A stretch of DNA of 64,000 nt. It comes from Nitrospinaceae bacterium. GTDB lineage: Bacteria; Nitrospinota; Nitrospinia; Nitrospinales; VA-1. The stretch spans positions 768,218-832,217 of the forward strand of contig BQJC01000001.1 in the NCBI GenBank assembly GCA_021604505.1. Direction: 5' to 3'. The notes beneath the pieces are model-generated. The model was not told the origin of the DNA and made no database searches. It saw only the letters and a program-made list of their open reading frames with translations. Made by a program: the position numbers and the translations under genes. Shown piece after piece: positions 20,153 to 30,469 of this stretch. Positions within the stretch are counted from its first letter, which is position 1. Each line of letters starts with the position of its first letter.

Positions 20153-20202
20153 GAAATATATTTTAACTTTCCTGGCGGCTTTGCATGAGGAAAGGTTTTA
20201 AC

Positions 20203-22194
20203 TCAAGCCGAGATCATCAGATCTTTGTCACGCAGGCGTTTGATCCGGTCGCGGAGTTCGGCGGCTTTTTCAAACTCCAGGTTCTTGGCCGCCGCGAACA
20301 TTTGTTTTTCCAGCCGCGAAATCAATTGATGGACGTTGCCGGTGTTGTTGTATTCCTCTTCCTCTTCGGCCACCAGCGGCACGACGGCAAATTTCTCTGC
20401 CTGGCTCAGGGATTCGCCCACGGATTTTACGATCGACGCGGGGGTGATGTTGTGTTTCTCGTTGTATTCCAGTTGAATCGTTCGCCGTCGGTTCATCTCG
20501 GTGATCGCCGCCTGCATGGAGCGGGTCACCGTGTCGGCGTACATGATGACTTTGCCCTCGACATGACGGGCCGCGCGGCCCGACGTTTGAATCAGCGAGG
20601 TCGTGGAACGCAAAAATCCCTCCTTGTCCGCATCGAGAATGGCGACGAGGGTCACTTCCGGAATGTCCAACCCTTCGCGCAACAGGTTGATGCCGATCAA
20701 GGCGTCGAATTCCCCGAGACGCAGTTCGCGGATGATCTGGCTCCGCTCCAGGGTCACGATGTCGGAATGCAGGTATTTCACCTTCAGCCCCAGTTCGGAA
20801 TAATGTTCCGTCAAGTCCTCCGAAAACCGTTTGGTGAGCGTGGTGATCAGAATGCGTTCCTCTTTTTCTGCCCGTTTTAATATCTCATGGTGCAGGTCGT
20901 CCACCTGGCCTTTGACCGGTTTTATCTCGACTTCGGGATCGACCAGCCCGGTCGGGCGCACGATCAATTCCACCACCTTGCCGTCTGACTTTTCGATTTC
21001 ATAAGGCCCCGGCGTCGCGGACACATAGATCACCTGGTTGACGTGCTCCTGGAATTCATGAAATTGCAGGGGCCGGTTGTCGAACGCCGAAGGCAGGCGG
21101 AATCCGTAGCGCACGAGGGTTTCCTTGCGCGAGCGGTCGCCCTTGTACATGCCCTGCAATTGCGGCAGGGTGACGTGGCTCTCGTCGATGACGAACAGCG
21201 AGTCGTCGGGAAAATAGTCCAGAAGCGTGGGCGGCGGTTCGCCTGCCGGGCGGTCCATCAGGTGGCGCGAGTAATTCTCGATGCCCTGGCAATAGCCCAC
21301 CTCCTTGATCATTTCCAGATCGAACATCGTCCGCTGATCGATGCGTTGCGCCTCGACCAGCAGGTTCTGGCTTTCAAAATAGTGCACGCGCTCTATGAGT
21401 TCCTCGCGGATGGCGGCAATGGCCTTGTTCAGCAGTTCCTTGGGGGTCGCGTAATGACTGGCCGGGTAAATGGCGATGCGGTCCAGATCGCGGATGCCTT
21501 TGCCCGTTAATGGGTCGAAAGCCTGAATGCGGTCGATCTGGTCGCCAAAAAACTCGATGCGCACGGCTTCGTTGCGTTCGTAGACCGGCAGCACTTCCAC
21601 CACATCGCCGCGCACCCGGAACGTGCCGCGCTGGAAGTCGATATCGTTGCGCTTGTACTGGATGTCCACCAGCTTTTTCAACACCTGTTCCCGGTCGATG
21701 GTCATGCCCCGTTCGGCAAACACCAGCATGCCGTGATAGGCTTCCGGCGATCCCAGTCCGTAGATGCAGGAGACGCTGGCGACGATCACCACATCCCGCC
21801 GTTCAAACAGCGAATGCGTGGCGGCGTGGCGCATTTTGTCGATTTCATCGTTGATGGAGGCGTCTTTTTCGATGTACGTGTCGGTATTGGCGAGATACGC
21901 TTCCGGTTGATAGTAATCGTAATAACTGACAAAATAGCCCACCGCGTTTTCCGGGAAAAAGGCTTTGAATTCGCTGTACAATTGCGCCGCCAGGGTTTTG
22001 TTATGCGCCAGGACCAGCGTCGGTTTTTGAATCTCCTGAATGACGTTGGCGATGGTGTAGGTTTTCCCGGACCCGGTCACCCCCAGAAGCGTTTGCCGGG
22101 GGGTCGCGGAATCGCAGTTTTTCACCAGTTGTTCGATGGCTTTGGGTTGATCGCCGGCAGGCTGGAACTCGGCGTGCAATTTGAACGGGGTCAT
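20203..22194 (-). CDS. uvrB: Excinuclease ABC subunit B
   Basis: Contains GVTGSGKT, helicase motifs, and a C-terminal UVR domain ([13 protein letters not shown]). Length 663 aa. Confidence 0.97.
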   Translation of the reverse strand: MTPFKLHAEFQPAGDQPKAIEQLVKNCDSATPRQTLLGVTGSGKTYTIANVIQEIQKPTLVLAHNKTLAAQLYSEFKAFFPENAVGYFVSYYDYYQPEAYLANTDTYIEKDASINDEIDKMRHAATHSLFERRDVVIVASVSCIYGLGSPEAYHGMLVFAERGMTIDREQVLKKLVDIQYKRNDIDFQRGTFRVRGDVVEVLPVYERNEAVRIEFFGDQIDRIQAFDPLTGKGIRDLDRIAIYPASHYATPKELLNKAIAAIREELIERVHYFESQNLLVEAQRIDQRTMFDLEMIKEVGYCQGIENYSRHLMDRPAGEPPPTLLDYFPDDSLFVIDESHVTLPQLQGMYKGDRSRKETLVRYGFRLPSAFDNRPLQFHEFQEHVNQVIYVSATPGPYEIEKSDGKVVELIVRPTGLVDPEVEIKPVKGQVDDLHHEILKRAEKEERILITTLTKRFSEDLTEHYSELGLKVKYLHSDIVTLERSQIIRELRLGEFDALIGINLLREGLDIPEVTLVAILDADKEGFLRSTTSLIQTSGRAARHVEGKVIMYADTVTRSMQAAITEMNRRRTIQLEYNEKHNITPASIVKSVGESLSQAEKFAVVPLVAEEEEEYNNTGNVHQLISRLEKQMFAAAKNLEFEKAAELRDRIKRLRDKDLMISA

Positions 22195-22593
22195 GGCAAA
22201 TTTCGGGTTGTTAAATGAAGGTTTTAAAATAACATAATTTATGTGGTAAATTAAGAAAACTGGAGCTTTGCGAATCAGCAGAATCCGCTGTTTCTCTCCT
22301 CAACTCCTTCGCGGAAGGCGAGCTTGCTCACGACGCGAAACGTTTTTCGAGGCCAGCGCACCGCTGGACGAAATAATCATATTCAATGGGTTTTGTTAAG
22401 AATAGAATTCTTCCCTGACCCCTGTGATTTAACATTAGCTCTCATGCCCGGAACGGGTACTTTAAAAAGGGGGAATCGAATGCTCCCCCCTTCAAGAAGG
22501 GAGCCGGGGGGATTTGTACCCTCCCAGCACCATCGGGGATGACCGTCTTGATGCAAAGGTCGCCTCGGGGTCAAAGAGAAAGAAAGGCAATTT

Positions 22594-23784
22594 GTGGATT
22601 CCAACGAGGAAATAATCAAGACCTTCCAGGCCGGTGATTCCACCATCACGCTGGTGGGCACCGCACACGTATCGCAAAAGAGCGTCGAACTGGTGGAAAG
22701 CGAGATCCAGAGCGGAAAATACGATTGCGTGGCGGTGGAGCTTTGTCAGCCCCGGTTTGAGAACCTGATCAACCGGTCGGGATGGAAAAATCAGGACATC
22801 TACCAGATTTTCCGGCAAAAGCGGGCGACTTTACTGCTCATCAACCTGGCGTTGTCCGCCTATCAAAAACGGTTGGCCGAAAAGGTCGGGGTGGAAGCCG
22901 GTCAGGAAATGGTGCGCGCGATTGAATTGTCCAAAGAGAAAGACCTCCGCCTGGAGGTCATCGACCGCAACATCACCACCACGCTTCAACGCCTGGTGAC
23001 CGGCGTTTCCTTCTGGCAGAAATTGAAGATCTTTTCAGGATTGGTGGCCGGTATATTCGTGGGCGAGGAAGTGAGCGAAAAGCAGATTGAAGAACTTAAA
23101 AAAGGCGACATGCTGCAAACCGTGGTCGAGGAATTTGGCGAGACCCTGCCGCAATTCAAGCAAGTCCTCATTGATGAACGCGACGAATACATGACGGGCA
23201 ATTTGCTTCGGCTCACGCAATCGCCGGACGCGCCAAAAAACATCCTTGCCGTTGTGGGGGCCGGGCACCTGATCGGCATGATGCCGGCGTTCTCCAACCC
23301 GCCCGATGAAAAGCGCTTGCAGGAGCTGGATGAAAAACCGCCTCCCAGCCGGGTCGGTTACTATATAGGCTGGACCATTTGCATCCTGATCCTCAGCATG
23401 TTTTACGTCGGTTACAGCCGTTCGCCGGAATTGGGCCTGCAACTGGTGATCACCTGGGTGGCGTTGAACGGCGGGTTGAGCGCTCTCGGAGCGGCGATTG
23501 GACTGGCGCATCCCCTGTCGATATTGACGGCTTTTGTGGCCGCGCCGCTCACCTCGCTGAACCCGACCATCGGCGCCGGAATGGTAGTCGGTCTGGTGGA
23601 GTCTTATCTGCGTAAACCCAAAGTCAGCGATTTCGAGGCCCTGCGTGAGGACATCGGCACCATGAAGATGTGGTGGAAGAACCGGGTGGTGCGGGTTCTG
23701 ATGATCTTTTTCTTTGCCAATATAGGCTCGGCAGTGGGGACTTACGTTGCCGGAGCCTCGATCGTCACACAGATTTTCGGGTGA
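22594..23784 (+). CDS. TraB/GumN-family protein
   Basis: The N-terminus reads ITLVGTAHVSQKSV, and there is a C-terminal polytopic membrane region. The start codon is GTG. Confidence 0.85.
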   Translation: MDSNEEIIKTFQAGDSTITLVGTAHVSQKSVELVESEIQSGKYDCVAVELCQPRFENLINRSGWKNQDIYQIFRQKRATLLLINLALSAYQKRLAEKVGVEAGQEMVRAIELSKEKDLRLEVIDRNITTTLQRLVTGVSFWQKLKIFSGLVAGIFVGEEVSEKQIEELKKGDMLQTVVEEFGETLPQFKQVLIDERDEYMTGNLLRLTQSPDAPKNILAVVGAGHLIGMMPAFSNPPDEKRLQELDEKPPPSRVGYYIGWTICILILSMFYVGYSRSPELGLQLVITWVALNGGLSALGAAIGLAHPLSILTAFVAAPLTSLNPTIGAGMVVGLVESYLRKPKVSDFEALREDIGTMKMWWKNRVVRVLMIFFFANIGSAVGTYVAGASIVTQIFG

Positions 23785-23790
23785 CGGGCC

Positions 23791-24732
23791 ATGGCCGATT
23801 CCCGTCCGCGGATCGCCGTCACCCCGCCGGCGTTTTGTAAATCGGCAACCCTTCGCGACGCACTCTGCAAATCGTTTCCGCAATCCATATTTAATGAAAA
23901 AAACCGCTACCTGACAGAACCCGAGCTGATCACTTTTTTACAGGATGCCGAGGGCGCCATCATCGGCCGCGACCCCGTCCATGAAAAGATGATAAAGGCT
24001 TTGCCCCGCCTGAAAATCATCGCCAAATACGGCGTCGGTCTCGACAACATCGACCAGGAGGCCCTGTGTCGTCACAATGTGAAATTCGGTTGGACTGGCG
24101 GGACCAACAGCCTTTCGGTGGCGGAGTTGACCTTAGGGTTCATGATCGGATTGTGTCACAACACGTTTTCCAGAGGATTCGCCTTAAAACAGAACGATTG
24201 GCAAAAAGACGGTGGCACTCAATTGACCGGGAAGACGGTGGGCATCATCGGCTGCGGCCACGCGGGGTCGGAAGTCGTCCGCCTGTTGGCCCCGTTCCAA
24301 TGCCGGATTCTAGTGCGCGACATCGTCGATAAAACCGGGTTTTGCCGGAACCATGCGGCTCAGGTGGCGAGTCTCGATGAAGTCATCGAACAGTCGGACA
24401 TTCTCACCCTGCACGTGCCGTTAACGGATGCGACCCGCAACCTGGTCGCCGAAAAAACCCTGGCACAAATGAAATCAACAGCTTTCTTAATCAATACCAG
24501 CCGCGGAGAGGTTGTCGATCAAAATGCGTTAAAGGCAAGCTTAAAAAATGGCGGTATTGCCGGCGCGGCGTTGGACGTGTTTTCTAAGGAACCTCCAGAA
24601 GATGCCGAATTTCTGGCCCTTCCCAACCTGATAGCAACCCCGCATATCGGTGGAAACACCGTTGAAGCGGTTGAGGCGATGGGGCGGGCCGCAATCGCCC
24701 ACCTCGAAGATTTCTTTAGAATGGAGAAATAA
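23791..24732 (+). CDS. D-isomer-specific 2-hydroxyacid dehydrogenase (phosphoglycerate dehydrogenase-like)
   Basis: Carries the NAD motif GIIGCGHAGSEV and the catalytic pattern R...E...H (TPHIGG). Confidence 0.85.
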   Translation: MADSRPRIAVTPPAFCKSATLRDALCKSFPQSIFNEKNRYLTEPELITFLQDAEGAIIGRDPVHEKMIKALPRLKIIAKYGVGLDNIDQEALCRHNVKFGWTGGTNSLSVAELTLGFMIGLCHNTFSRGFALKQNDWQKDGGTQLTGKTVGIIGCGHAGSEVVRLLAPFQCRILVRDIVDKTGFCRNHAAQVASLDEVIEQSDILTLHVPLTDATRNLVAEKTLAQMKSTAFLINTSRGEVVDQNALKASLKNGGIAGAALDVFSKEPPEDAEFLALPNLIATPHIGGNTVEAVEAMGRAAIAHLEDFFRMEK

Positions 24733-25005
24733 CTGATCCGCAAAACCCCTGAATACGCTCTTTTTCCCTTCAAAATCCCGCCTGCCGCTTGCCTCGCCCA
24801 TTTCTGAAATGGCTTGCAAATAAAACCTTTATTGATGGTAGTCCGAATATTTCTTTGGGCTAACTAATTAATTTTGTTTACTTTATGCATGTTTCCATGT
24901 AATTCTATATAAATTATTATATTGCTTCACCAGGATTAGTATTTAGCAATCCCTTGAGCGATATTTGATTAAAGTCACACCTTCTTCTTCAAGGAGACCC
25001 AATAA

Positions 25006-27120
25006 ATGGAACATGTGATGGGGAAAAGCGGATCTCAAACCCCTTTTATTTTTCGGATTTTTAAGAATGGGGGCAACGGTAAAACCAATCCCAGGGAACT
25101 TCAGAGCAAGATAGATGCGATCGATAAATCCCAGGCCGTGATCGAGTTTAATATGGACGGCACGATCATCACCGCCAACGAAAATTTTTTAAACGTGGTG
25201 GGTTATTCTCTGGAAGAGATCAAGGGCCAGCATCACCGCATGTTCTGTGAACCCTCCTACGCGAACAGCCCAGCCTACAGGGCGTTCTGGGAAAAGCTGA
25301 ACCGCGGAGAATACGATACCGGAGAATACAGGAGGTTGGGCAAAGGCGGTGTGGAAGCCTGGATTCAAGCATCTTATAATCCCATCATGGACTCTAAAGG
25401 CAGACCCTATAAGGTGGTGAAGTTCGCCAGCAATGTGACCCAGCAAAAACTGATGAACGCCGAGTATCAGGGAAAGGTGGACGCCATTGGGAAAGCCCAG
25501 GCCGTGATCGAGTTTAATATGGACGGCACGATCATCACCGCCAACGAAAACTTTTTAAACGTGGTGGGTTATTCTCTGGAAGAGATCAAGGGCCAGCATC
25601 ACCGCATGTTCTGTGAACCCTCCTACGCCAACAGCCAGGAATACAAGGCGTTCTGGGAGAAACTGAACCGTGGAGAATACGATACGGGGGAATACAGGAG
25701 GTTGGGCAAGGGCGGTGCGGAAGCCTGGATTCAGGCGACTTACAATCCGATTATGGACATGAACGGCAAACCCTTTAAGGTGGTGAAATTTGCCAGCAAT
25801 GTGACCCAGCAAAAACTGATGAACGCCGAGTATCAGGGAAAGGTGGACGCCATTGGGAAAGCCCAGGCCGTGATCGAGTTTAATATGGACGGCACGATCA
25901 TCACCGCCAACGAGAATTTTTTAAATGTGGTGGGTTATTCTCTGGAAGAGATCAAGGGCCAGCATCACCGCATGTTTTGTGAGCCGGACTACGCCAACAG
26001 CCAGGAATACAAGGCGTTCTGGGAGAAACTGAACCGTGGAGAATACGATACGGGGGAATACAGGAGGTTGGGCAAGGGCGGTGCGGAAGCCTGGATTCAG
26101 GCGTCCTATAACCCGATTATAGACATGAACGGCAAACCCTTTAAAGTGGTCAAATTTGCGACGAACATCAGTGAAAAAGTCCAAAAAGTGGCTCAAATCC
26201 TGGAAGTTGTCAATGCCGCCAGCGAAGGGGATTTGACCCGGGAGTTAAAAGTAGCCGGCACCGATGATGCGGGTCAGATTGGAGAAGGGTTGTCTAAACT
26301 CCTCGCCAATTTGAAAAAAATGATTGTCAGCTTTGCAACTCAATCCGATTCTCTGGCATCCTCTTCGGAAGAGTTGACAGCGGTCAGTCAGCAAATGGCG
26401 GGGAACGCGGAGGAGACAGCGGCGCAATCGGGTGTGGTGTCCGCCGCTTCCGAGCAGGTCAGTAAGAACGTGCAGACCGTGGCCACCGGCGCCGAGGAAA
26501 TGAGTGCCAGCATTAAGGAGATTGCGCAGAATGCCAGTGAAGCGTCGCGCGTAGCCAGTGAAGCGGTAAAAGTGGCGGAAACAACGAATGCAACCATCAG
26601 CAAACTGGGCGAGAGTTCGGCGGAGATCGGGCAGGTGGTCAAGGTCATCACATCCATCGCGGAGCAGACCAATCTTCTGGCGTTGAACGCCACGATTGAA
26701 GCGGCGAGAGCGGGCGAAGCCGGTAAAGGATTTGCGGTGGTGGCCAACGAGGTGAAGGACCTGGCCAATCAGACGGCCAAGGCGACGGAGGAGATCAGCG
26801 GCAAGATCAGCGCCATTCAGTCCGACACGCAGAACTCGGTCACCGCGATTGCAGAGATATCCGAGGTGATCAACAAGATCAACGATATTTCCAACACCAT
26901 AGCCAGCGCCGTTGAAGAGCAGACAGCGACCACAGCTGAAATCGGCCGCAATGTGTCTGAGGCCGCAAGAGGCACATCGGAAATCGCGCAAAATATCACG
27001 GGGGTGGCGCAAGCGGCGGAAAGCACGACCCAGGGCGCAACCGATACGCAATCAGCTTCCCGCGAGCTTTCGAAAATGGCATCGGAACTGCAAAATTTGA
27101 TCAGTCAGTTTAAAGTTTAA
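25006..27120 (+). CDS. Soluble methyl-accepting chemotaxis protein with three tandem PAS domains
   Basis: No TM segment is present. There are three PAS modules, then a HAMP-like linker, then the MCP signalling domain ([28 protein letters not shown]). Confidence 0.9.
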   Translation: MEHVMGKSGSQTPFIFRIFKNGGNGKTNPRELQSKIDAIDKSQAVIEFNMDGTIITANENFLNVVGYSLEEIKGQHHRMFCEPSYANSPAYRAFWEKLNRGEYDTGEYRRLGKGGVEAWIQASYNPIMDSKGRPYKVVKFASNVTQQKLMNAEYQGKVDAIGKAQAVIEFNMDGTIITANENFLNVVGYSLEEIKGQHHRMFCEPSYANSQEYKAFWEKLNRGEYDTGEYRRLGKGGAEAWIQATYNPIMDMNGKPFKVVKFASNVTQQKLMNAEYQGKVDAIGKAQAVIEFNMDGTIITANENFLNVVGYSLEEIKGQHHRMFCEPDYANSQEYKAFWEKLNRGEYDTGEYRRLGKGGAEAWIQASYNPIIDMNGKPFKVVKFATNISEKVQKVAQILEVVNAASEGDLTRELKVAGTDDAGQIGEGLSKLLANLKKMIVSFATQSDSLASSSEELTAVSQQMAGNAEETAAQSGVVSAASEQVSKNVQTVATGAEEMSASIKEIAQNASEASRVASEAVKVAETTNATISKLGESSAEIGQVVKVITSIAEQTNLLALNATIEAARAGEAGKGFAVVANEVKDLANQTAKATEEISGKISAIQSDTQNSVTAIAEISEVINKINDISNTIASAVEEQTATTAEIGRNVSEAARGTSEIAQNITGVAQAAESTTQGATDTQSASRELSKMASELQNLISQFKV
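25111..26170 (+). repeat. Intragenic tandem repeat, about 2.9 copies of 366 bp (one PAS module per copy)
   Basis: The string GCCGTGATCGAGTTTAATATGGACGGC recurs at 25134, 25500 and 25866. Units 2 and 3 are about 94% identical by manual count. Confidence 0.9.
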
Positions 27121-27461
27121 AGAGGCCAAAGGGACAGAAAAACCCTTTTACTTCTCACAACCCTGATTGTAGGAAGCACAGTGAAATCTTCCCTGATTGT
27201 AGATGAGGGAAATCGAATTGTGATCAAGAAGCTGGAAGTGGGACAATAAAAAATCAAAAGACGTTAAATGGAATGATAGAAATTAAGAAAAAATCAAAGG
27301 CTTCGAAAAAATCAGCTCAAAAAATGGCCCAGACGGGTTGATCTATAAAGGACCATGGATTCAATCGATACGAAAGTGCCGGTCGGTTGGAAAAAGGTTT
27401 TACGGTAAACCAGAGCAAATGGTTTGATTGAGAGACTTGGGAAAATATTTCTTGAGAAAAA

Positions 27462-27492
27462 GGGGCAATGGTTTCATTGCCCCTTTTTTTTT
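27462..27492 (+). terminator. Rho-independent terminator
   Basis: The stem GGGGCAATG/CATTGCCCC has a 4-nt loop and is followed by a run of T residues. Confidence 0.6.
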
Positions 27493-27625
27493 GCGCGAAA
27501 CCTCGAGTCTTTATCAGGGTTTATTATTAAAATAGACCTATGTACAATTATTGCAGTTGAGTAAACTCTCAAAGGGTTTTATGCGGTTTTCGAACCCATC
27601 TGTAATCTTGATGAAATGGTTGGCT

Positions 27626-28240
27626 ATGGATAACTCGCAAAATTTAGAAGATGGGTACAGCAGAGAAGACTGGCAGAAACATTACGCAGAGGATGACCTG
27701 CGTTGGGATTTAGGCCAGGTGGCTCCGCCATTTGTCCGCTTGTGGGAAGAGAAAAAACTCGGGCAGGGAAGGGCGATCATCCCCGGTTGTGGCCAAGGTC
27801 ATGAAGTCCTGTTTCTGGCGGCGAAGGGATTTCAGGTCACCGGGTTGGATTATGCTCCCGGTGCGGTGGATCTGCTTTCCCGGTCGCTGAAAGAAAAAGG
27901 GCTGAGCGCCGAGATCCTCCAGCAGGATTTTTTTGAGTTGGATGAAAAACATCACTCGCAATATGATCTCATGCTGGAGCAGGCGTTTTTTTGCGCCATT
28001 GTTCCCTCACAACGCTCTACGTATGTTGAAACCGCGACCAGGATTTTGAAAAAAGGTGGGTTGCTTGCTGCTTTGTTTTACGAAACCAACGAGGAAGGCG
28101 GTCCGCCTTTCAATACCACTCCGGCGGATATCCTCGAACACTTTTCCGATGAGTTTCATATTGAGGCTCTGGAAAAAACTCCCGATTCCGTAGAAAAAAG
28201 AAAAGATAAAGAATGGCTGGGCTTACTCAGGAAAAAGTGA
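27626..28240 (+). CDS. Thiopurine S-methyltransferase (TPMT)-family SAM methyltransferase
   Basis: Contains W..HY......WD, the SAM motif IPGCGQGHEV, and a C-terminal GPPF motif. The start is uncertain; ATG 27626 is preferred over TTG 27551. Confidence 0.78.
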   Translation: MDNSQNLEDGYSREDWQKHYAEDDLRWDLGQVAPPFVRLWEEKKLGQGRAIIPGCGQGHEVLFLAAKGFQVTGLDYAPGAVDLLSRSLKEKGLSAEILQQDFFELDEKHHSQYDLMLEQAFFCAIVPSQRSTYVETATRILKKGGLLAALFYETNEEGGPPFNTTPADILEHFSDEFHIEALEKTPDSVEKRKDKEWLGLLRKK

Positions 28241-28918
28241 TGTCTGCGTTTTTGGTGGAACCGTTCGTTGCAGGCATTCCATCCTGTCATTTTTAGGCGA
28301 GTTGATTTCCGGCGAAACCGCAACCCTCTTCATGAGATCAGCAGGGAAGGGCGCCAGCAGGGATTGCAGGGTCTTCAAATCCGAAGCGGGCGCGAGCCAG
28401 ACTTTATAATCACCGGGTGCCAGGATGACCGGCATGCGATGGTGAATGGGTTGCACCAGTGAATTGCAGTCGGTAGTGATGATTGAAAACGTTCGAAGAG
28501 AACCGCCGTCCTTTTTCCATTCCGACCAGATTCCCGCAAACGCGAATAGAGCCTCATCACGCAGAGTAAAATAGTGGGGTTGTTTTCCGGATTCGTTTTT
28601 TTTCCATTCGATGAACCCATCGGCGGGAACGAGGCATCTTTTGGTTTTGAAAGATTCTTTGAAACTGGGTTTTTCATGAACAGTTTCCGCCCGGGCGTTG
28701 ATCAGTCGCGATGCCATTTTGTCATCTTTGGCCCACGATGGGATCAACCCCCAGTGCATGGCTGCAAGCTCCCGATTTTCTTCCTGGACCGTGACAACCG
28801 GGCATTTCTGAGTGGGGGCGATGTTGTAGCGCGCCTTGTGGTCGAATTTTATTTCCATTTGACCAAAGTGGGATTTTATTGCTTTGGCAGTTTTCGTTAA
28901 AGTGTAGCGTCCGCACAT
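28223..28918 (-). CDS. SOS-response-associated peptidase (SRAP/YedK family)
   Basis: Starts with the N-terminal MCGRY catalytic Cys, and contains NARAET and HHRMP motifs. Confidence 0.9.
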   Translation of the reverse strand: MCGRYTLTKTAKAIKSHFGQMEIKFDHKARYNIAPTQKCPVVTVQEENRELAAMHWGLIPSWAKDDKMASRLINARAETVHEKPSFKESFKTKRCLVPADGFIEWKKNESGKQPHYFTLRDEALFAFAGIWSEWKKDGGSLRTFSIITTDCNSLVQPIHHRMPVILAPGDYKVWLAPASDLKTLQSLLAPFPADLMKRVAVSPEINSPKNDRMECLQRTVPPKTQTSLFPE

Positions 28919-29023
28919 AATCCAATAAAAAGGTTGATGTATTGGAAAAACCGCTTAAACCCGGTACTATGGATATAATAATAGCTTATTTTTTAAAAAC
29001 GTTATCATTGATTAAGTATAAAT

Positions 29024-30427
29024 ATGAAAGTCGATAAGAAAACCTATACAGGAATTTTCAGAGATGGCGGAGCAGGGAAGCTTGCCAAACGCCGCTTCCG
29101 CGACCGGCGCAAAAAATTGATGAACCGGGAGCGCAAATTGATGGTGATCACCGGGGTTCCCTATGGACCGGAAGGTGAGACGGTGTGGTCCTATGCCTAT
29201 TGCCCGACCTATCAGGAACCCGCCATGATGTATTTGACCGGGATCAACCAGCCCAACGTGGTTTTGGTCCTCGACCCGGATTCCAAAGAATCGGATGAGA
29301 TTCTTTTTGTGGCCGAAAAAGACCCGACCCATGAGTTTTGGAACGGCATTCGCTTTGGAGTGGGCGATATAAAAAGTGTGAGAGAAGTCCAAAGCGTCAC
29401 AGGCATAAAAGATGTCCGTGACATTCGCGAATTAAAGAATGTTCTTAAAGAACGGTTCCTGAAGCAGAAAAACAAACAATTGGGGACCCTGTGGATGGAA
29501 GGCGTCAAAAACGGTAAAAAGACGGAGGTGAAGACAGATCACAACTGGGACTTCAAGACCCAGGTGTCCCGTTGGGTCGGTTCGTGGAACGCCTCCGGCA
29601 ATGGATTGGTCAACATCATGAAAAGCCACTTTGACCTGAGACTGCCCCTCGACTCTTACGATGTGGACAACACGCAAAAAGCCAGCGATATTACCGGAAC
29701 CGCTTTCAAGACCACACTGAAAAACTTTAAAAAGTTCAGGAACGAATATCAGGTTCAGGGTTTTCTGGAAGGGCAGATGCTGATGAACTCCCCCTACGGC
29801 CTGAGTTTCCCATCCATCGTGGCGTCCGGGCGCAATGCCACGGTTCTGCATTACATGAAAAACGACGATGAATTTTCCCGTGATGAACTTGTGTTAATCG
29901 ACTTTGGAGTTCGTTGGATGACGATGCATGCCGATATTTCCCGGACGGTCCCCGCCTCCGGAAAGTTCAACCCCCTGCAGAAAATGCTCTATGAGATCGT
30001 TTTGAAGGCGCAAAAGACCGTGCAAAAAACGGCAAAAATGGGCGTGACCATCGATACCTTGAACGATTGTTGCTGGGGGTCGGTCAATGGCGATCTGGAA
30101 AACGTGTTTCGCAAAGCCGGAGGAAAATTCAAACTCAAATATTACGACCGGCCCCACGGCGTCAGCCACCTGATGGGGGAGCAGGAACACGATGGCGATC
30201 CCTTTCGCAACTATTTGTCGGAGCCGATGAAAGCCGGCTGGCTGATCAGCAACGAACCGGGGCTATATGGAGAGTTCAAGATCAAGCTGAATGGCAGGAC
30301 ATACGATGAAGAAATCGGCATCCGCATTGAGGACAACCTGTTGATCACCGAAACGGGTTGCAGAAACATGTCGCGGAAAATTCCCAAGTCCGTCGCAGAA
30401 ATCGAACGATTGATGACGGGAAAGTAG
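29024..30427 (+). CDS. Xaa-Pro aminopeptidase (M24B family)
   Basis: Has a creatinase-like N-terminal domain and the M24 metal ligands (D..G.....D....H...E...E pattern; HGVSHLMG, EPG, IRIED). Confidence 0.85.
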   Translation: MKVDKKTYTGIFRDGGAGKLAKRRFRDRRKKLMNRERKLMVITGVPYGPEGETVWSYAYCPTYQEPAMMYLTGINQPNVVLVLDPDSKESDEILFVAEKDPTHEFWNGIRFGVGDIKSVREVQSVTGIKDVRDIRELKNVLKERFLKQKNKQLGTLWMEGVKNGKKTEVKTDHNWDFKTQVSRWVGSWNASGNGLVNIMKSHFDLRLPLDSYDVDNTQKASDITGTAFKTTLKNFKKFRNEYQVQGFLEGQMLMNSPYGLSFPSIVASGRNATVLHYMKNDDEFSRDELVLIDFGVRWMTMHADISRTVPASGKFNPLQKMLYEIVLKAQKTVQKTAKMGVTIDTLNDCCWGSVNGDLENVFRKAGGKFKLKYYDRPHGVSHLMGEQEHDGDPFRNYLSEPMKAGWLISNEPGLYGEFKIKLNGRTYDEEIGIRIEDNLLITETGCRNMSRKIPKSVAEIERLMTGK

Positions 30428-30469
30428 AGGATGTAATGTCAGTATATTCGAAATTCCTTCCGAAGTTTC

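Noticed and set aside
20185-22218. Several plus-strand ORFs (231, 155, 114 and 161 aa) opposite uvrB
   Set aside because: All of them overlap the highly conserved uvrB frame, and their translations are R/G/H/V-rich nonsense. They are shadow ORFs.
26245-27051. A 268-aa minus-strand ORF (plus smaller ones) opposite the MCP signalling domain, and the periodic 85-91-aa antisense ORFs at 25189, 25555 and 25921
   Set aside because: These are antisense to a clearly recognisable MCP. Their periodicity simply mirrors the 366-bp PAS repeat.
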